Source: an uncultured Deferribacteres bacterium
GTDB lineage: Bacteria > Zhuqueibacterota > JdFR-76 > DREG01
Assembly (NCBI GenBank): GCA_913009825.1
Contig: CAJVYQ010000005.1
Span: 25,265-89,264 of the forward strand
Length of the DNA stretch: 64,000 nt
Reading direction: 5' to 3'
Shown here: positions 58,515 to 64,000 of the stretch, piece after piece
How the letters are laid out: every line of letters begins with the position of its first letter
Position numbering within the stretch: the stretch's first letter is position 1
Made by a program: the position numbers and the translations under genes
Notes under the pieces: model-generated
Database searches by the model: none
What the model saw: the letters and a program-made list of their open reading frames with translations, nothing else
What the model was told of the DNA's origin: nothing

Positions 58515-58551
58515 ACAGAAGCTGACCTTTTCTAAAAAGGTCGGCTTCTGT
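58515..58551. terminator. Hairpin/terminator downstream of the P1 peptidase
   Basis: acagaagctgacctttt-cta-aaaaggtcggcttctgt. Confidence 0.55.
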
Positions 58552-58584
58552 TTTGAATGTCCCCCTGCCCGGGTAAATAAAACT

Positions 58585-59727
58585 TTATTTCTCTTTCAGC
58601 CAGGGGATCACTTCATTTAGAGGCAGTTCTTCCACAGTTCTGCCTTTGAATCCGGTCATGGTTTTCGCCTGGAACAGCGAATTATAAATTGCCTCCTCCG
58701 TTGCTTCCACGGCTGCCAAAAACAACGGACTCATGGCGTTGTTATCAACATCGGTTTTTTTGCGCTTTTTTTCATGCCCGGCCGATGAGACCCGGTTTCC
58801 GGCAAAAGTAGAAAACGCAATCACATAATCGCCGCTGCCGTTGCTCATGTACCCTCCGGTTCTGGCCAATCCCAACAGGGTTCGCTTGGCCAGCCGTTTC
58901 AAGTTCCGGGCGGAAAGCGGCGCATCGGTGGCAACAACAATGGCGCAGGAGCCGTCGTCTTTTTTATTCAGGAACCGTTTGTATGGATATTTGCCTAATT
59001 TTTGCCCAACCGGCACGCCGTTGATCTGCAGCACGCCGCCGAAATTAGTCTGCACAAGAACGCCAACGGTAAAACCTCCCAGTTCCCGTGGCAACTTCCG
59101 CGAAGAGGTACCGATACCGCCTTTGAAACCGAAACAGACGGTACCGGTACCGGCGCCCACATTTCCTTCGTCAACCGGTCCCGATTTAGCGTCCCGAAGC
59201 GCAGCAAATACCTGTTCTTTGCCCACAGCTCTTTTTTGAATGTCGTTTAACCTGCCGTCATTGGTTTCTCCCACAACAGGGTTGATGGAACGCACATCTT
59301 CATTTCCCGGCAAACTAAGCATGTAATCGATCAGCGCATCGGCGACACGGAATACATTCAGCGTGCTGGTCAGCGCGACGGGCGTTTCAATTTCACCAAG
59401 TTCGTCCACCTGGATTTTGCCCAACAATTTACCGAAACCGTTGCCGACATAAATGGCGCCGGTCACTTTTTCCCGGAACAGATTTCCGTCGTGGGGCAGG
59501 ATAACGGTTACACCGGTGCGAAACGAATCTCCTTTAATCAGCGTGGCATGTCCCACTTTAACACCCGGCACATCGGTGATGGCATTCCATTTTCCGGTCG
59601 GCAAAATACCAACGGAGATGCCCAGTTCCCGAATACGGGGTTTTTCTTTTGCCACAGAAACGGTAACGGTAAACAGAAAAACAAAAAGGATAAAAAAACA
59701 AACGGGGTAAAAAAGGGATGTTTTCAT
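58585..59727 (-). CDS. Secreted P1-family (DmpA-like, S58) aminopeptidase
   Basis: NAITDVPGVKVGH, NGFGK, GAGTG, KGGIGTSSR, DGSC cleavage site, NGSGD. Confidence 0.92.
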   Translation of the reverse strand: MKTSLFYPVCFFILFVFLFTVTVSVAKEKPRIRELGISVGILPTGKWNAITDVPGVKVGHATLIKGDSFRTGVTVILPHDGNLFREKVTGAIYVGNGFGKLLGKIQVDELGEIETPVALTSTLNVFRVADALIDYMLSLPGNEDVRSINPVVGETNDGRLNDIQKRAVGKEQVFAALRDAKSGPVDEGNVGAGTGTVCFGFKGGIGTSSRKLPRELGGFTVGVLVQTNFGGVLQINGVPVGQKLGKYPYKRFLNKKDDGSCAIVVATDAPLSARNLKRLAKRTLLGLARTGGYMSNGSGDYVIAFSTFAGNRVSSAGHEKKRKKTDVDNNAMSPLFLAAVEATEEAIYNSLFQAKTMTGFKGRTVEELPLNEVIPWLKEK

Positions 59728-59917
59728 GATTGCCTCGAATTCTTGTTGTTTGATTCTCCGGGAAATCTATTCGTTCACTCAGAAAAGACCCGGCAGGTTT
59801 AGCTCCGGTATTATTCAGTGAAATTGAATGATTAAAATCGGAAAATTTGCGAAACCCGCCAGGTCTTAAACCACAATTTAGGTAGAGGCGCAAACTATGA
59901 ATAAAAAAACTTGTTTA

Positions 59918-59982
59918 ACACCCCCCGTACCCTTCTTAAAGGGGGAATTAGAGTCCCCCTTGAGGAGGGTACGGGGGGTGTA
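59918..59982. repeat. REP-like palindrome acaccccccgtaccc...gggtacggggggtgt
   Basis: Long inverted repeat; degenerate relatives at ~24117-24147 and ~40805-40849. Confidence 0.65.
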
Positions 59983-60011
59983 ATTTCACTTACCTAAATA
60001 GCCACAAAACA

Positions 60012-63000
60012 TCAATATTCTTTCCAGCTTTTTATCTGCAAATCTTTCAAATTCACGCGGGAAACGGATTCCACAAACCGGCGGGCTAACTGCACATTGG
60101 TGAACAGCGGAATAGCGTAATCCACGGCGGTACGGCGGATAATATAGTCGTTCGTCAGTTCATCTTCCTGATAATTTTTGGGAATATTGATTACCAGATC
60201 AACTTTACCGCCGGTGAGGTAATCAAGCACGTTGGGCTGTTTTCCCGAAAGGGGCCAGTGCACTTTTTCCGCCTCGATCCCATTTTCTGCCAGAAACCGG
60301 GCTGTGCCGCCGGTGGCGTAAAAATGGATGCCCATTTTCTGCATGGTTCGGGTGCAGGGTAAAAATTCCGCTTTCGATTCAATGGGGCCGGTGGAGAGAA
60401 GTACATTTTTCACCGGCAGTTTGTAGCCAACCGACAGCAGCGCTTTCAGAAACGCTTCCTCAAAATCATCGCCGATGCAGCCCACCTCGCCGGTGGAGGA
60501 CATCTCTACCCCCAGTGTCGGATCGGCGCCGATCAGGCGGGTGAAGGAAAATTGCGGCGCTTTAACGCCCACATATTCCAGATCGAAAGCAGAGCGATCA
60601 ATTTTCGGAACATGATGCCCCATGATCACCTTTGTAGCCACATCAATGAAATTCACTTTGAAAATTTTGGAAACAAACGGAAAACTGCGGGAGGCGCGCA
60701 AATTGCACTCGATCACCCGCACCGCATTCTCTTTGGCGACAAATTGGATATTGAACGGCCCGTTGATTTTTAATGAACCGGCAATCTCCCGGGCCATTTT
60801 TTTCACCCGGCGGGTGGTTTCCAAAAAGGTTCGCTGCGGCGGCAGCACGATGGTGGCGTCACCGGAATGGACGCCGGCATTTTCCACATGTTCCGTGATC
60901 GCGAACACCATCAACTCTCCTTCCTGTGCCACGGCGTCGATCTCGATCTCTTTGGCATTTTCGATGAATTTGCTGATCACCACGGGATGATCGGCGGAAA
61001 TATCCGCGGCTTTGTTCAAAAACCTTTCCAGCTCCAAATCATTGGAAGCCACACTCATGGCCGCGCCGCTTAACACATAAGAGGGACGGATTAAAACCGG
61101 GTAACCGACCGTATTGGCAAACCGGGTCGCTTCTGCCATGGAAGTGAGTTCCTTCCACTCCGGCTGATCGATCCCCAGCGTATCTAACAGTTTGGAAAAT
61201 TTGCGGCGGTCTTCCGCTTTATCGATATTCAATGCGGAGGTGCCCAACAACTTCACTCCGGCACTAGCCAGGCGTAGCGCCAGATTATTGGGAATCTGCC
61301 CGCCCATGGAAATAATGACGCCGACCGGCTTTTCCTTCTCGTAAATATCCAGAACCGTTTCGTAGCTGAGTTCATCGAAATAGAGTTTGTCGCATTCATC
61401 AAAATCTGTGCTCACCGTCTCCGGATTGTAGTTGACCATGATGGTTTGGTAGTTCAATTTTTTCAGGGTTTTTACGGAATTCATACAGCACCAGTCAAAT
61501 TCCACCGAGCTGCCGATGCGATAGGCGCCGCTGCCCAGCACCATCACGGAGTTGCGATCCAGAAACGACAGATCGTCTTCCATGCCGTTGTAAGTAAGGT
61601 AAAGATAATTGGTTTGCGCCGGATATTCCGCCGCCAGCGTATCGATCTGCTTGACGCTGGGCGTAATGTTGTAATTTTTTCTAAGCTGCCGGACCTGCTC
61701 TTCATCCGTTTCCAGAGCCCTGCCGATCTGCTCATCGGAAAAACCGTGCTGTTTGGCCTGCAACATCAGATCGCCGGGACATCTTTGTTCACCTAATTTT
61801 TTCAGCTCCGTTTCAATGGCCACAATATTTTTAATTTTATACAGGAACCATTTGTCGATGTGGGTCAGATCGTGGATATTTTCGATGGAGAAATCCTGCT
61901 TAATCGCTTCCGGGATGGCAAAAACGCGCAGATCCGTCGGCTGCGAAAGTTCTTTTGCCAATTCCCCGGCGGGCGGCGCGGCATTGAGCACTAAACCGCT
62001 GACACCGATCTCCAGCATACGCAGTCCCTTCTGCAGCGCTTCCTCAAATTTTCTGCCGATGGCCATCACCTCGCCAACAGACTTCATCCCCGAACCCAGT
62101 TTATTGGAGACCTGTTTGAATTTTTTCAGATCCCACCGGGGAATTTTCACTACCACATAATCCAGCGCCGGTTCATAGCAGGCTTTGGTGATTTTCGTAA
62201 TCGAATTGGGCAGATCGACCAAACTGTAGCCCAGAGCTAATTTTGCCGCGACCGCCGCCAAAGGATACCCCGTCGCTTTGGAAGCCAGCGCGGAACTGCG
62301 GGACAGACGCGCATTGATTTCGATGACCCGGTAATCTTCGGATTCGGCATCCAGTGCGTACTGGATGTTGCATTCGCCCACAATGCCCAGGTGACGCACG
62401 GTTCGAATGGCAATTTCCCGCAATTGGTGATATTCGCGATTGGTGAGCGTCTGGCTGGGCGCCACCACAATGCTTTCTCCTGTGTGAATCCCCATGGGGT
62501 CAAAATTTTCCATATTGCACACGGAAAGGCAGTTGTCGTACTGATCGCGGATAATTTCGTATTCGATCTCCTTCCAGCCCAACAAATATTCTTCCACCAA
62601 AATTTGGCCGGTGTATGAAAACGCCTTTTGCGCCAGTTCTTTCACCGCTTCTTCATCGATGCAGATACCGGAGCCCAAACCGCCCAGGGCGTACGCGATA
62701 CGAATCATCACCGGAAAACCGATTTCCCGCGCCCTGGCCACCGCTTCGTCGACGTTATTCACAGCGTAATTATGGGGAACTTTCACATCGATCTGTTTCA
62801 ATTTGGCGGTGAACAGTTTCCGGTCTTCCGTGTTCATGATCGCTTCCACCGAAGTGCCGAGGACATTTACACCATAACGGCGCAGCACACCGCTGCGCCG
62901 CAAATCCACGCCGCAATTGAGCGCGGTCTGACCGCCGAAAGAGAGCAGAATACCATCCGGCTTTTCTTTTTTAATGATCTGTTCCACAAAATAGGACGTT

Positions 63001-63200
63001 ACCGGTAAAAAATAAACCTCATCGGCCAGATGATCGGAAGTTTGAATAGTGGCAATATTTGGATTAACCAGAACCGTGGCCACGCCTTCCTCTTTCAGCG
63101 CTTTGATGGCCTGACTGCCGGAATAATCGAACTCCCCGGCTTCGCCGATTTTTAAAGCCGAACTGCCAAGAATAATCACTTTTTTAGGTTTGGGAATCAT
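60012..63200 (-). CDS. carB: Carbamoyl-phosphate synthase large subunit
   Basis: GEAGEFDYSG, NPNIATIQT, MGIHTGES, IGSSVEFDW, two ATP-grasp domains, MGS-like C-terminus. Confidence 0.97.
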   Translation of the reverse strand: MIPKPKKVIILGSSALKIGEAGEFDYSGSQAIKALKEEGVATVLVNPNIATIQTSDHLADEVYFLPVTSYFVEQIIKKEKPDGILLSFGGQTALNCGVDLRRSGVLRRYGVNVLGTSVEAIMNTEDRKLFTAKLKQIDVKVPHNYAVNNVDEAVARAREIGFPVMIRIAYALGGLGSGICIDEEAVKELAQKAFSYTGQILVEEYLLGWKEIEYEIIRDQYDNCLSVCNMENFDPMGIHTGESIVVAPSQTLTNREYHQLREIAIRTVRHLGIVGECNIQYALDAESEDYRVIEINARLSRSSALASKATGYPLAAVAAKLALGYSLVDLPNSITKITKACYEPALDYVVVKIPRWDLKKFKQVSNKLGSGMKSVGEVMAIGRKFEEALQKGLRMLEIGVSGLVLNAAPPAGELAKELSQPTDLRVFAIPEAIKQDFSIENIHDLTHIDKWFLYKIKNIVAIETELKKLGEQRCPGDLMLQAKQHGFSDEQIGRALETDEEQVRQLRKNYNITPSVKQIDTLAAEYPAQTNYLYLTYNGMEDDLSFLDRNSVMVLGSGAYRIGSSVEFDWCCMNSVKTLKKLNYQTIMVNYNPETVSTDFDECDKLYFDELSYETVLDIYEKEKPVGVIISMGGQIPNNLALRLASAGVKLLGTSALNIDKAEDRRKFSKLLDTLGIDQPEWKELTSMAEATRFANTVGYPVLIRPSYVLSGAAMSVASNDLELERFLNKAADISADHPVVISKFIENAKEIEIDAVAQEGELMVFAITEHVENAGVHSGDATIVLPPQRTFLETTRRVKKMAREIAGSLKINGPFNIQFVAKENAVRVIECNLRASRSFPFVSKIFKVNFIDVATKVIMGHHVPKIDRSAFDLEYVGVKAPQFSFTRLIGADPTLGVEMSSTGEVGCIGDDFEEAFLKALLSVGYKLPVKNVLLSTGPIESKAEFLPCTRTMQKMGIHFYATGGTARFLAENGIEAEKVHWPLSGKQPNVLDYLTGGKVDLVINIPKNYQEDELTNDYIIRRTAVDYAIPLFTNVQLARRFVESVSRVNLKDLQIKSWKEY

Positions 63201-64000
63201 ACAAGCATCCTTTTAAAATCATCGAAAAGAAGTTCCGTATCCACAGGTCCCGGCGCCGCTTCCGGGTGAAACTGCACGCTCATGAACGGTTTGGCTACAT
63301 GCCGGATCCCTTCATTGGTGCCGTCGTTGGCATTGACAAACCACGGTTCCCAATTTTCCGGCAGGGTTCTGCCATCCACGGCGAATCCGTGATTTTGGGA
63401 AGTGATGTAACAGCGTTTTGTCCCCTCCTCGATGCAGGGCTGATTTTGACTGCGGTGACCGAATTTCAGTTTGTACGTATCGGCGCCGGCGGCCAGGGCC
63501 AATATCTGGTTGCCCATACAGATGCCGAATACGGGCACCTCTTTTTCCATTACTTTCTGCACCGTTGCAATGGTTTCTTTACACATTTTGGGATCGCCCG
63601 GCCCGTTGGAGATTACCACACCGTCAAATTGTTCTGCGGTGAAATCGTAATTCCACGGCACACTCTTCACCAGCAAATTGCGCTGCACCAGACTGCGTAA
63701 AATATTTTCTTTGCAGCCGCAATCCACCAAAATTACTTTTTTATCACCGGCGCCGTATTCAACAGGCCGGGCGACACTTACTTTTTCCACTAAGTTCATT
63801 TTATTGGGATCGAAAAAATTGACCGCATCGGTGCGGAACAGAACGCGCCCCAACATGGTGCCCTCATCCCGCAAACGTTTGGTGAGCATACGCGTATCGA
63901 TGCCGTAAAGCGCCGGCACATCGTGTTCGATCAGCCAGCCGGAAAGACTTTTCTGCGCCTGCCAGTGACTGTATTCAAACGAATATTCGGAAACAATCAG
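63197..64000 (-). CDS. carA: Carbamoyl-phosphate synthase small subunit (5' end beyond the window)
   Basis: GIDTRMLT, SNGPGDP, GICMG, HRSQNQP, QNHGFAV, QFHPE; the frame stays open to the window edge. Confidence 0.96.
   Translation of the reverse strand: MIVSEYSFEYSHWQAQKSLSGWLIEHDVPALYGIDTRMLTKRLRDEGTMLGRVLFRTDAVNFFDPNKMNLVEKVSVARPVEYGAGDKKVILVDCGCKENILRSLVQRNLLVKSVPWNYDFTAEQFDGVVISNGPGDPKMCKETIATVQKVMEKEVPVFGICMGNQILALAAGADTYKLKFGHRSQNQPCIEEGTKRCYITSQNHGFAVDGRTLPENWEPWFVNANDGTNEGIRHVAKPFMSVQFHPEAAPGPVDTELLFDDFKRMLV

Overview
Bacterial chromosomal window, probably from an FCB-related lineage such as KSB1 or Calditrichota. This is an inference from gene content: a QNYPNPFN-type secretion C-terminal domain, a UpxY-type NusG paralog and PEGA proteins. 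Most genes are on the minus strand. Housekeeping blocks are rho-rpmE-DUF1385-prfA-prmC-PMM/PGM, folC, malK, thiI, gcvT-ftsK-lolA, an aminotransferase, plsY and carA-carB. Accessory genes include a 1339-aa secreted protein made of three ~400-aa repeats, a tetraheme cytochrome c, peptidases and a cholesterol-oxidase-like GMC enzyme. The centre (30-47 kb) is a partly decayed polysaccharide locus (wzc, upxY, DUF5674 pair, wbpB-wbpD fusion, wecB/wbpI). Its distal ~8 kb is a co-oriented array of tiny toxin-antitoxin-like genes, a broken four-helix-bundle gene and a GDP-fucose synthase fragment, separated by recurrent short-period repeat blocks (GTGACTAAAGT, GGTGATCAGT, AGTAAAA). One complete IS sits inside one of these blocks. 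Intergenic DNA is dense with several MITE families that have clear target-site duplications, some nested. An 18-20-bp palindrome (CCTGCCYG-N3-CRGGCAGG) recurs 11 times, only inside other repeats, and behaves like a presence/absence insertion. No rRNA, tRNA, CRISPR array, integrase or reverse transcriptase was recognised. Family assignments come from motif recognition by eye, not database searches.
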